Shown: positions 27,419-36,663 of the stretch, one piece after another
Position numbering within the stretch: position 1 is the stretch's first letter
How the letters are laid out: each line of letters opens with the position of its first letter
DNA from: an uncultured Acidimicrobiaceae bacterium
Lineage (GTDB): Bacteria; Actinomycetota; Acidimicrobiia; Acidimicrobiales; SZUA-35
Direction: 5' to 3'
Assembly (NCBI GenBank): GCA_964648795.1
Contig: CAZYMB010000002.1
Location: 3,643 to 67,642, forward strand
DNA length: 64,000 bases
Notes under the pieces: model-generated
Seen by the model: only the letters and a program-made list of their open reading frames with translations
The model's database searches: none
What the model was told of the DNA's origin: nothing
Made by a program: the position numbers and the translations under genes

Positions 27419-28030
27419 CTACTTAGTTATATAAATCGTGTACCAAAGCACACCATAGATCGAAGCGACAGCAGTCCAATAAATGGCAACGGCAGTAACT
27501 GCCTCATACCGTTCACCATCGAAGTCACCAACAACAGTTCTAAAGAGGTTCAAAGCAATGGCCACAAGACCTGCGAGAGTTAGCACCAGTTGAACACCGG
27601 CCATTGCAACTATTAGTACAGCCTGCAGACTCTCTTGCGGGTTTAGCTCTAACAATGTGAATAAGTAGAACGATTGAACAACGAAACCGAACCCAAATAA
27701 CAGTGTCATGCCTTGGGCGAGCATAGCGTTCGACCGATCGCCGTTAGCGGCAGCTGACCGAGCCCACCAGATGCAGACAAAGCTGAAAAGCATGGAGAGA
27801 CCCATGTAGTTTGGCTGTGTCAGCGGGATAGTCACACCATCGGGCAGCCAAACTTCCCCCGTAGAAATTACTTCAGCACGCTCGGCGACATATAACGCTG
27901 TCAGAGCCCCATATGCTGCGAACAAAATAGCAGAAATAAACGTTGCACCAGCGACCACGAGGTTCGGTCGCTTGGCTTCTTTAGTGAGGTCAAGCTCAGA
28001 AAGCGGCTGATATGGAGTCACATCTACCAT
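27419..28030 (-). CDS. Divergent heme-copper oxidase subunit III-like protein
   Basis: By eye, the C-terminal half aligns to CtaE in this window: AVAIYWTAVASIYGVLWYTIYI against LVGLYWHFVDIVWVLIFTIVYL. The upstream helices also align. The length is 203 aa. Confidence 0.6.
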   Translation of the reverse strand: MVDVTPYQPLSELDLTKEAKRPNLVVAGATFISAILFAAYGALTALYVAERAEVISTGEVWLPDGVTIPLTQPNYMGLSMLFSFVCIWWARSAAANGDRSNAMLAQGMTLLFGFGFVVQSFYLFTLLELNPQESLQAVLIVAMAGVQLVLTLAGLVAIALNLFRTVVGDFDGERYEAVTAVAIYWTAVASIYGVLWYTIYITK

Positions 28031-29722
28031 CTAGGAAACTCCTGCTTCTAGTTCTGGCATGTCGCTAGCAGCCTCTAACTCTGGGCCTTTGTTATCCGAC
28101 ACAGACACAAACACATCTTCAGTCAAAGGAACAGCACTACTAACCACAGGAGGTGAAACGAAGTTCTCTTTCACTGGAGGGTTAGCTGTAGCCCACTCCA
28201 AGGTGAGACCTTCCCACTTAGGCTTGGCCGAACCTGTCACTTTAGAAGTTGCGAGCGAAGCAATGTTGCTAATCATGACTAAAGACGCCACGACCATTGC
28301 GACCATGCCAGCGACAGGAAGTACCGCAAACCATTCGCCACCATTGTCAGCGGCTCCCACCGCTAACTCAAGTGTGTCAATCGATACCGTTGAAGCGATT
28401 TGTCCTATAGCCCAAACCACAGCGCCAACTGCGGTGAATACAACACTCATCATTACTAACGATGACTTAATGTGTCGGCCCCAAATTTTAACAGACCAAT
28501 GAAGACTCGCTGCCTGTAAACACACCAGACCAGCCCCGACCACCAAAGGAAATACAGCACCGAAGGCGAACAGGCCTTCAGCTTCTAGTAGACCGCCATC
28601 GATCAGGTCTGGATCAACTGTTGAAATGGAAAGAGGGTCAATTCCGATCTCTGAGATTCGAGTACCAATAGCGTCCACGGCAATTAACACCGAAGCAGCC
28701 AAGGCAAGTTTCAGGCTTAAAGAACTTCCGAGCAATGCTGGAGAAAGCTTGCGAGACTTAGCAATCTTTACGAAGTTATAGAACCAAATACTGGCAACAC
28801 AACCAACCATGCCTGCAGCTACCAAACCATGAAAGTAAACGTTCTCTACGAGACGGATCGACGTGAAATATGCTGAGCCACCGATCACGCTCAAGAAACC
28901 AAGGAAACCAATTGGGACCATAGCCGGTCTGGTGTCTGTAATAGGGCGATCTGTATGAACTGCCACTACCTCACTAGCAAGACCAAGCACTGGCACCAGC
29001 AGCACTAGAGCGCTGGCAGATCTAACAAATGGTGCCATCGTAGTGAGTAATTCGGAGGTATTGCCTAGGGGCAAGTGACCTGAGCGAACTCTAATAAAGC
29101 TGACCACTAACTCGGCAACAAACGCTCCGAGTACGAATGAACCTGAGAATGCAAATACTAAGAAAGCCCATGCACTAACTGGTGCATCGGACAGGTCCAT
29201 ACCCTGAGCCCTTCCAGCAAGAAGTGTGGCCGCTATGCTCGACAAACACCAAATAAGACCAACGGCCATTAAGGCAGCCGACATGGTCCACAACAGTACG
29301 AAGTCAAGTCGTTCCCCACCTGGGCCGCCATCAAACACGTATGAGACGACTAGCAGAATTAAGCCAGCCACCCATATCCAGAAACCTGCAGTTGCACCCT
29401 TTTCAAAAGCAAGCCCGTTCGCTCCAACTTGCAATGGCACAGCATAAAGTCCCAAACCAACAAAACCTGGAAAGATAGCTCCGAGTATTAAAGCCTCCCG
29501 GGCAAAGGACCAAATTTGACGGAACTGGCCGGCATTCTGGAAGAGATCAAAAGTAGCTAAATCAGTTGCCTCAAAGGCTGCCCCTCCAGCCGCTATTAGA
29601 GCAAGTAGCAATACTAGAATCGACGCGCCAATCATCAACCGACCGATCTCTTTGTGACCGGAGGAAAGAATCTGTGTAGTCGCAGCGGGATAACTAGTTT
29701 GAGTAGTGGTCATGGGCCCCAA
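28031..29722 (-). CDS. Heme-copper oxidase subunit I paralog lacking the canonical heme and CuB histidine ligands
   Basis: The protein aligns collinearly by eye to CtaD. GHKEIGRLMIGAS aligns to DHKKIGIMYGIAS, AVPLQVGANGLAFEKGATAGFWIW to [24 protein letters not shown], and LTLEWATANPPVKENF to RTLEWSIQSPAPEHNF. The ligand positions instead read FAREALIL, RSASAL and LFAFGAVF. Confidence 0.7.
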   Translation of the reverse strand: MGPMTTTQTSYPAATTQILSSGHKEIGRLMIGASILVLLLALIAAGGAAFEATDLATFDLFQNAGQFRQIWSFAREALILGAIFPGFVGLGLYAVPLQVGANGLAFEKGATAGFWIWVAGLILLVVSYVFDGGPGGERLDFVLLWTMSAALMAVGLIWCLSSIAATLLAGRAQGMDLSDAPVSAWAFLVFAFSGSFVLGAFVAELVVSFIRVRSGHLPLGNTSELLTTMAPFVRSASALVLLVPVLGLASEVVAVHTDRPITDTRPAMVPIGFLGFLSVIGGSAYFTSIRLVENVYFHGLVAAGMVGCVASIWFYNFVKIAKSRKLSPALLGSSLSLKLALAASVLIAVDAIGTRISEIGIDPLSISTVDPDLIDGGLLEAEGLFAFGAVFPLVVGAGLVCLQAASLHWSVKIWGRHIKSSLVMMSVVFTAVGAVVWAIGQIASTVSIDTLELAVGAADNGGEWFAVLPVAGMVAMVVASLVMISNIASLATSKVTGSAKPKWEGLTLEWATANPPVKENFVSPPVVSSAVPLTEDVFVSVSDNKGPELEAASDMPELEAGVS

Positions 29723-30633
29723 CCAACTAACTGATCAACCGCCATGGCGACGAACAGGATAGTTAAGTAAGTAATCGAAAACTGAAAATACTTTATCGCT
29801 TGCTGGGCCTGTATTGATGTATTTTTGGAAAGGTATAGTCGCAGGGCCTTCCAGGTAAACATTGCACCCGCTATAAGAGCAGTTGTTATGTAAATTACGC
29901 CCATTTCAGCGGCTGCAGCGAAGCCCAATGAGAAGAACCATGTAATGGCAGCATAAACAGTCATTTGCAGGGCTGTATTTGAGTGACCGGCCACGGCGGG
30001 CATCATGGGAACAGAGGCGTTCTTGTAATCGTTTTCGTACTTTATGGCTAAGGCCCAAAAGTGTGGAGGTGTCCAGAAGAAGATGACTGCAAACAGAATC
30101 CATGGGGCGAGAGCCAACTCGTTTGTTACTGCACTCCAACCAACCAATGCTGGAACAGCGCCTGCAGCACCACCAATAACAATGTTCTGCTCATTGCTAC
30201 GCTTTAGCCAGAGCGTGTAGATAAAGACGTAAAAAAGGCAGGCCGCCACAGCCAATACTGCTGACAGGTAATTAACAGTAAGGCTAAGCCACAGAAACGC
30301 AGCAATTTCTAACACGTAGGCAAACAGCTTGGCTTCCCAAGGCTTGATGGCGCCTGTAACAAGTGGCCTGCGAGCTGTTCGCTCCATTAAATGGTCGATG
30401 TCGCGATCGATATACATGTTGAATGCATTCGCTCCACCTGCTGCCAAAGCCCCACCAATCAAGGTATAGAACATCAGTGAAATGCTTGGCAAACCACGCT
30501 GGGCGACAAACATCGTCGGAATTGTGGTCACTAACAACAGCTCGATAATACGTGGTTTAGTAAGGGCCAAAAAGTGACGCCAACGACCTAAGCCAGTGAT
30601 GTGAGTTTGAGGTGCACGGACTGCTGTTACCAC
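29710..30633 (-). CDS. ctaB: Protoheme IX farnesyltransferase (heme O synthase)
   Basis: The UbiA-family motif GGANAFNMYIDRDIDHLMERTARRPLVTG is present in a polytopic 307-aa protein. Confidence 0.9.
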   Translation of the reverse strand: MVTAVRAPQTHITGLGRWRHFLALTKPRIIELLLVTTIPTMFVAQRGLPSISLMFYTLIGGALAAGGANAFNMYIDRDIDHLMERTARRPLVTGAIKPWEAKLFAYVLEIAAFLWLSLTVNYLSAVLAVAACLFYVFIYTLWLKRSNEQNIVIGGAAGAVPALVGWSAVTNELALAPWILFAVIFFWTPPHFWALAIKYENDYKNASVPMMPAVAGHSNTALQMTVYAAITWFFSLGFAAAAEMGVIYITTALIAGAMFTWKALRLYLSKNTSIQAQQAIKYFQFSITYLTILFVAMAVDQLVGWGP

Positions 30634-30673
30634 AGTCGCAATCCTACCTTACGTCGTGGCCATAGCCCTCGCC

Positions 30674-32014
30674 TCAGCCAAACAACGCTTTAAGCGATTC
30701 ATCGCTTTGATTCTGGTAAAGCGTAAATGGATCTATTAGAGAAACTCCAAGGCCTTCTGTGAATTCTGGCTCTGAGCCCACGGAGTGAGTGGGACTAGCA
30801 TCTGGAGATAGGTTCGATTGGAAAATGCTGGCTGCCGACACAGGGAGAAAATCCTCATAAATAATGGGGTCAGCACGTACAAAACCCTCACCAACTAGCT
30901 CATCTAGGTCTTGGGGCGTTGCCCCTGCAGGTAACGGTTGGATGGCCCTAAATTCAAAGTAACCCAAGCCACGACGACGCAACTCATCATAAGAATCAGG
31001 AAAACTTGCAAATGCCATACTCAGCGCAGCGTGAGCATTGCCTCCCTCTGCTAGAAGACCCTGAGATTTTTTGAGGGCAAGATCATAAAGCTGGCGACCT
31101 TCCGGGGTTAGCGCTATGCCGCGTTGTTCGATCTCACCGAATCGGGCAGTATGCGAACCTGGACGTAACTCTCCACCCGGTGACGGAAAATTGACTGATT
31201 CTGACAGCGCCATGAACGATGTTTGGCGAAGCAGTATCGGACACTTTCGTTTTGGTGGACCTTCAATCGTTTCTTTCGGAGTGATTCCACGCTTGCTCAT
31301 AGTTGCGTGCGCTACATCAATGTCGAGCGTCCGAGGAGTTAAATGGTTTATGTGCGGTCCTTGGAAGCTAACTATGTCTGCAACCAGGCGGTGCGAGTCC
31401 AGTAACCTTTCATAGAGCTGAAGCCCGATGCTTGCATCCGAGTGCCAGCGAAAAGTTTCCATAAACGCCGAGATAAATTCGCTTGTCTCAGATTTTGATA
31501 GGCCTTCACCAGTCTCTGCTAAGTCGAGCATCCGAAGAGCATTTCTAGAAAAGATGTTTCTATTGTCGATTAGTTCTTTAGCGGTCTCACGTAGCTCCGG
31601 GTCTTCTATTGCCGCCAGATTCAGAACAGAGGTAAACATCCTAAATGGAGATGTAGCCAGAGCTTCTGAAGTAATTGGCCTAAAGGAAGTTGACTGAACT
31701 GGGATACCGGCTGGACCTAGGTCGTAATAGCCAACTGGATGCATACCTAGTACCCGGAAGAAACGGGCCATCGTCTTCAACTCGGCGAAACTACCAAGTC
31801 TTATTGCCCCGTGGCGTTCATCGTTTACACGCTCAAGGCCACCATTAACCGATAGTTGCTGTTCTAATGTTTCGTCTCGTGCCAATACTTCGGCATTGAT
31901 GTCTTCAACTAGTTCGATAAGGGTTCCGTACGCTGGAACTTCCGCTCGATACATTTTAGATATAGCTGCGGCGAACTCTGACCGAATATCGTCTTGTGGT
32001 TCGGGGGTGCGCAC
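30674..32014 (-). CDS. DUF1338 / HglS-YdcJ family protein (putative 2-oxoadipate dioxygenase/decarboxylase)
   Basis: The 446-aa length matches E. coli YdcJ. The N-terminal pattern (F...MY..EVP.Y..L) and the HGAIRLGS...FFRVLGMHPVGYYDL segment fit my memory of the family. Confidence 0.6.
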   Translation of the reverse strand: MRTPEPQDDIRSEFAAAISKMYRAEVPAYGTLIELVEDINAEVLARDETLEQQLSVNGGLERVNDERHGAIRLGSFAELKTMARFFRVLGMHPVGYYDLGPAGIPVQSTSFRPITSEALATSPFRMFTSVLNLAAIEDPELRETAKELIDNRNIFSRNALRMLDLAETGEGLSKSETSEFISAFMETFRWHSDASIGLQLYERLLDSHRLVADIVSFQGPHINHLTPRTLDIDVAHATMSKRGITPKETIEGPPKRKCPILLRQTSFMALSESVNFPSPGGELRPGSHTARFGEIEQRGIALTPEGRQLYDLALKKSQGLLAEGGNAHAALSMAFASFPDSYDELRRRGLGYFEFRAIQPLPAGATPQDLDELVGEGFVRADPIIYEDFLPVSAASIFQSNLSPDASPTHSVGSEPEFTEGLGVSLIDPFTLYQNQSDESLKALFG

Positions 32015-32018
32015 GAGC

Positions 32019-34769
32019 CTACGCTATCTGGGCTGCCAGTAATTCAATTGGATGCATGGGTTTATAACCAAATCTTCGCATCTGTGTCCTACACGAGTAA
32101 CCCTCTGCCAATAACTGTCCTGTCGATTCTTCGATAACTGGCTGCCAGTACTGGGAAAACAGTGAATGGCTCATTTCAGCATTCTCTTGTTCATGGCCAA
32201 ATATCCCAGCCATGCCACAGCATGTAAGAGCATGGACATCTACATTAACCCCGGCTCCGGCCAATAGGTCTTGGTAACTTGATCTACTCTGATGACCTTG
32301 TGAGCAATGTCTAAAAAGACTTCCGCTTCCTGAAGCGTTAACATGAATTCTTTCATTGGCCAAATAGTCACCAAGGTCTTGGACCACCTCAGATGGAAAG
32401 TTTGGGTCAGCCTTTACATACTCGTTTGAGTACAAAGAAACAATTGACGGCTCCAAACCCACTACTGGTTTATCAAGCCTTTGTAAAACTTGGATGAGTT
32501 CGCTTTGTGCTACCACACCTTTAGCAAATTTTGAGCGGCGCCCTTTTACATGGTCAAATTTAGCGGATGGCAAAAACTTAGTCACAGCTACTTGCTTGCC
32601 AGCAGATTGAAGGAACTCAATAGCAGCTGCCAGAACGCTTGGGTCAAGATATGTCGTAAAGAAGTCAGACGCAATAATTACATCTGCCGTGCAAGCTTGG
32701 GTCTTACCATTGACCCTTTCAAGGCCTTTCAGCTGAGTTGGTGCGGCTTTTATTTTTGGCAGATCAACCAGTCCTAGCGCTACTGCTCCAGCTGGCTTAC
32801 CCAGGTTTAACAAGGGCCGCATAGCCGATTTTGAGCCCAACTGTTCGAAATCTGACAATATCCGATTACGAAGTTTGTGCCTGAGCCCAAGACCGTCGTA
32901 GCGGCTAAAGAAATTCGATTTGAGCTCGCCCATGTCAACATTTACAGGGCACTGAGTTGTGCATGCCGTACAAGATAGACATTGATGCATCGACGAAGCG
33001 AGTTCGTCAGCTAGAAGACCATCGGTTGGATCCGCCAACCAAGAACGAACTAAATCCGCTCTACCCTTGGGCGAAAGCCTTGGGTCTAAGGTCACCTTAT
33101 ATGAGGGACACATAGCGTCAGTGGCAGACCAACTATGACAAATGCCGTTGCCATTGCAATCGAGAGCCGAAGAAAAGTCAGCTTCACTAATCTGTTTGTT
33201 CGTTTCTCCTCTGAGAGGAACTGCATCTATGCGAAGGAGTTCTTCATCTACTTGGAACGGAGCATAAAGTTTGCGAGGGTTAAATATGTTCGACGGGTCA
33301 AAGGCTGTTTTGATTTCTCGCATCGACTTGTGTAGCTCGTCTGAGATTCCATGATACTCGCCTCTAAAACCTCGACCGTGCTCGCCCCAAAGCACACCTC
33401 CAAAAGAACTCACCAACGCCGAGACTTCGTTCGACAAGGTACGGACGAGTTGCACATCTTTGGATTCACGCAAATCAAGCACAGGCCGGACGTGGATACA
33501 ACCGACATCGGCATGCCCAAACATCCCATAGGAAAGGTCGTAACGGTCGAGGAGCTTCGTAAATTGTTTTACAAAGTGCCCCATACTGGCTGGCGGTACG
33601 GAGCAGTCCTCAATAAATGCAACGGCTGCTCCAGACGATGTTGGTTTGGCTAGAAAACCAACCGCATCTGCCCTTAGTCTCCAAAGCTCGGTCACAAGTT
33701 CTGCTGAATCGAGCTCTACCACATTTGATACAACCTCAGACAGTCGTTCCTGCACTCCCGTGACTTCGGCATCGAACTCTAAAATTAGGAGTGCCGAATT
33801 TTCTAGGTTTAAGTTTCGAGACAGACGGCGCGCACTGACCGAAGTTGCAGCCAACTTTAGAGTTCTCTCGTCTAGAGCTTCGATAACTCGTGGTTCAAGT
33901 GTCCGTAATACGACCGAAGCTTCGACTGCTTCTTGAAAGGAACCGAACGACGCTACAAACGTCTGGCTTTTAGTTTCGATTGGAACGAGATTAATTTCTA
34001 TAGCTGTAACCAACCCAAGTGTTCCTTCTGCACCACAAAGTAACTTTGTAAAGTCGACTAATTCGCCAGCGGCCTCTGCCAAGTTGTAGCCAGAGAACCC
34101 TCGCTCAAGATTTGGCAACGAACCTATGTCTGCGTTTGAAATAGTGGCGCCGACTGAAGCCACCAGTGATGCTGGAGCCAGATCTTTCTCGGGCAATTTT
34201 GATTGATGCCCAGGCTTAGTAAAACGTACTGACGAGCCGTTGAACAATACAGATTCTATGGCTAGAACATGCTTGTTAGTTCGACCATACACCAGCGACC
34301 CTTTACCAGAGGCATCGGTGGCCACCATCCCACCAATTGTTGCCCTTGAAGAGGTAGAGGTATGTGGGGCAAACATTAAGCCACTTGGAGCGAGTTCGTT
34401 GTTCAATTCTCCAAGTACTACCCCTGGCTCCACTATCGCTGTTCGCGATTGGGCATCTACCGAGACAATACGATTCATGGAGCGGCGAAAATCAACTACC
34501 ACCTCGGTGGTCAGGCTTTGACCGTTTGTGCCAGTGCCACCACCACGAGCCACCAACCCAAACGGCTCCTTCAACGAGTTATTCGCCCTAACTAACGCTG
34601 CTACGTCAGCTGACGTTTCAGGAATTACGATCATTGCTGGCTCTAATTGGTAAATAGAATTATCAGTTGAATACGCGATTCGACTAGAAACCTCTGACTC
34701 GAGTTTCCCGGCAAAGCCTTGCTCGACAATTACCTCAGACAATAAATTGAGTTGTGTGACTAACGACAC
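32019..34769 (-). CDS. FAD-binding (GlcD-like) plus 4Fe-4S and CCG-domain fused oxidoreductase, YdiJ-like (putative D-2-hydroxyacid dehydrogenase)
   Basis: The N-terminal FAD_binding_4 signature is present (ARGGGTGTNGQS), together with a ferredoxin-type CLSCTACTTQCP and a cysteine-rich CCG motif (LTCCGMAGIFGHE). The length is 916 aa. Confidence 0.7.
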   Translation of the reverse strand: MSLVTQLNLLSEVIVEQGFAGKLESEVSSRIAYSTDNSIYQLEPAMIVIPETSADVAALVRANNSLKEPFGLVARGGGTGTNGQSLTTEVVVDFRRSMNRIVSVDAQSRTAIVEPGVVLGELNNELAPSGLMFAPHTSTSSRATIGGMVATDASGKGSLVYGRTNKHVLAIESVLFNGSSVRFTKPGHQSKLPEKDLAPASLVASVGATISNADIGSLPNLERGFSGYNLAEAAGELVDFTKLLCGAEGTLGLVTAIEINLVPIETKSQTFVASFGSFQEAVEASVVLRTLEPRVIEALDERTLKLAATSVSARRLSRNLNLENSALLILEFDAEVTGVQERLSEVVSNVVELDSAELVTELWRLRADAVGFLAKPTSSGAAVAFIEDCSVPPASMGHFVKQFTKLLDRYDLSYGMFGHADVGCIHVRPVLDLRESKDVQLVRTLSNEVSALVSSFGGVLWGEHGRGFRGEYHGISDELHKSMREIKTAFDPSNIFNPRKLYAPFQVDEELLRIDAVPLRGETNKQISEADFSSALDCNGNGICHSWSATDAMCPSYKVTLDPRLSPKGRADLVRSWLADPTDGLLADELASSMHQCLSCTACTTQCPVNVDMGELKSNFFSRYDGLGLRHKLRNRILSDFEQLGSKSAMRPLLNLGKPAGAVALGLVDLPKIKAAPTQLKGLERVNGKTQACTADVIIASDFFTTYLDPSVLAAAIEFLQSAGKQVAVTKFLPSAKFDHVKGRRSKFAKGVVAQSELIQVLQRLDKPVVGLEPSIVSLYSNEYVKADPNFPSEVVQDLGDYLANERIHVNASGSGSLFRHCSQGHQSRSSYQDLLAGAGVNVDVHALTCCGMAGIFGHEQENAEMSHSLFSQYWQPVIEESTGQLLAEGYSCRTQMRRFGYKPMHPIELLAAQIA

Positions 34770-34797
34770 CGCCCAAGATTACTTTAGATCGCCTAGT

Positions 34798-36123
34798 ATG
34801 ACCGGCATGAATGAAGCTGATCCGCTATTCGAAGCAATCGTCAACTTATCAAAACGTCGTGGGATTGTTTTTCAGTCCGCCGACATTTACGGCGGATTTC
34901 GCTCGACCTATGACTACGGACCCATCGGTGTACTTATGCTGCGCAATGTCAAGGACGCCTGGTGGCAGTCAATGGTGCAGCGACGCCATGAAGTAGTAGG
35001 GCTTGATGCTTCGATTCTGTCTCCCCCACAGGTTTGGGAAGCCTCTGGACACCTTGCTAACTTTACTGACCCTCTTGTTGACTGCAAAAACTGTGGCGCA
35101 CGCCATCGCGAAGACAAACTAGAGGACCCAAATCAGTGCCCAAGTTGCGGGACTAAGGACTCGTTCACCGAAGCACGTCAATTCAACCTTATGTTTGAAA
35201 CTCAAGCCGGCCCTGTTGCCGACGCTGGGGCTGTTGCATACCTTCGACCTGAAACAGCTCAAGGTATGTTTATCAACTTCGCAAATGTGCTCAATACCTC
35301 CCGCAAGAAACCACCATTTGGAATTGCCCAAGTTGGAAAGAGTTTCCGAAACGAAATCACACCCGGCAACTTTGTATTCCGAACTCGAGAATTTGAACAG
35401 ATGGAAATGGAGTACTTTGTACCGCCCGAAGAAGCAAGCAAATGGTACGAGTACTGGTGTGAAGAGCGAATGAATTGGTATTTGGACTTAGGGATGACTA
35501 AAGAAAAAGTTCGCCTGAGGCCACACGACGATGACGAACTAAGCCACTATTCTTCTGGCACCTCAGATGTTGAATACGAATTTCCTTGGGGCTGGGACGA
35601 GTTAGAAGGCATCGCTAATCGTGGCGACTACGATCTCAAACAGCACGCCGAACACTCAGGCCAGAAACTGGACTACTTTGACCCCAAAACTGAGACTCGT
35701 TGGACCCCGCATGTCATTGAACCTGCAGCAGGCGCAACTAGAACGCTAATGGCGTTTCTAATTGACGCATACACAGAAGAAACCGGCGAAACCGAACGCA
35801 CCGTACTTAAGCTGCATCACAAGCTCGCCCCTTATAAAGTCGCCGTTCTACCTCTAAGTAAAAAGACAGAGCTAGAAGGGCCTGCTCGCAAACTCTTTGA
35901 TGAGTTAGCAGCAACTTACATGTGTGACTACGACGAGACTCAGGCAATTGGCAAGCGTTACCGACGCCAAGACGAAATTGGAACACCATTTTGTGTAACC
36001 GTCGACTTCGAAACACTCGAAGACCAAGCCGTAACCATTAGAGACAGAGATTCGATGGCTCAAGAACGAATCGCCCTCGATAAAGTCAGCCAATGGCTCG
36101 ATGACCATATGGCCGATTCTTAA
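34798..36123 (+). CDS. glyQS: Glycine--tRNA ligase (class II, dimeric GlyQS type)
   Basis: LSKRRGIVFQSADIYGG, YLRPETAQGMF and FRNEITPGNFVFRTREFEQMEMEYF motifs are present. I set the start at an internal Met (34798 or 34807) to avoid overlap with the divergent gene. Confidence 0.9.
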   Translation: MTGMNEADPLFEAIVNLSKRRGIVFQSADIYGGFRSTYDYGPIGVLMLRNVKDAWWQSMVQRRHEVVGLDASILSPPQVWEASGHLANFTDPLVDCKNCGARHREDKLEDPNQCPSCGTKDSFTEARQFNLMFETQAGPVADAGAVAYLRPETAQGMFINFANVLNTSRKKPPFGIAQVGKSFRNEITPGNFVFRTREFEQMEMEYFVPPEEASKWYEYWCEERMNWYLDLGMTKEKVRLRPHDDDELSHYSSGTSDVEYEFPWGWDELEGIANRGDYDLKQHAEHSGQKLDYFDPKTETRWTPHVIEPAAGATRTLMAFLIDAYTEETGETERTVLKLHHKLAPYKVAVLPLSKKTELEGPARKLFDELAATYMCDYDETQAIGKRYRRQDEIGTPFCVTVDFETLEDQAVTIRDRDSMAQERIALDKVSQWLDDHMADS

Positions 36124-36659
36124 AACGCATCCCGATCTTTAGGCTGCACAATATCGAACTCGTGTAGCGAAGCCAGACAAACTGTCTGCAGAACATGAAC
36201 CGGTATCTCAGCTGTGTCATAAGAGGTTCTAAGTATTTCAACCACCCACTCGTCTGACTCGCACCCAAATTGTTCTATCTCGGACTCAGTGGCTGGCCGA
36301 GACCGCAGAATTTCATCAGCATGCCCAAATTCGTGTCCGGCAGATCGAATCTCTGATTGAAGAGTCGGCATAATGAACTCGCCTACGTCAAGACCACCTT
36401 CTGGAAACAGTACCGGTGAAAAATATGATGTAGCTATTCGCACTGGCACGTGATCGGCCATAAGTTTCTTGCGTCTAGCAATAACCTCACTACCTGCTGC
36501 TAACCCGAGCCGAGAGGTAATGTCCTCGACTCCGGGCTCACGGCCAACAAAAATCATTTCTCTACTTGGCGTTAGACCTTGTCGTTCTAGTTCGGCAAAG
36601 AATGGACTCTTTGAGTCTCGGTCGTTTGGAGCTGTGGGTAGCGATCGACAAATCAACAC
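36120..36659 (-). CDS. Stand-alone UTRA (HutC/GntR effector-binding) domain protein without an HTH
   Basis: The UTRA-like pattern is present (RRKKLMADHVPVRIATSYF...EILRSRPATESEIEQF...VEILRTSYDTAEIPVHV). The ORF starts 4 nt after the upstream REC gene stop, which leaves no room for a winged-helix domain. Confidence 0.55.
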   Translation of the reverse strand: MLICRSLPTAPNDRDSKSPFFAELERQGLTPSREMIFVGREPGVEDITSRLGLAAGSEVIARRKKLMADHVPVRIATSYFSPVLFPEGGLDVGEFIMPTLQSEIRSAGHEFGHADEILRSRPATESEIEQFGCESDEWVVEILRTSYDTAEIPVHVLQTVCLASLHEFDIVQPKDRDAF

Positions 36660-36663
36660 GACA

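Noticed and set aside
28059-28502. A 147-aa plus-strand ORF. Similar antisense ORFs occur at 26792-27169, 23189-23593 and 24734-25036.
   Set aside because: All are antisense shadows of the oxidase-cluster membrane genes, and none has supporting motifs or start context.
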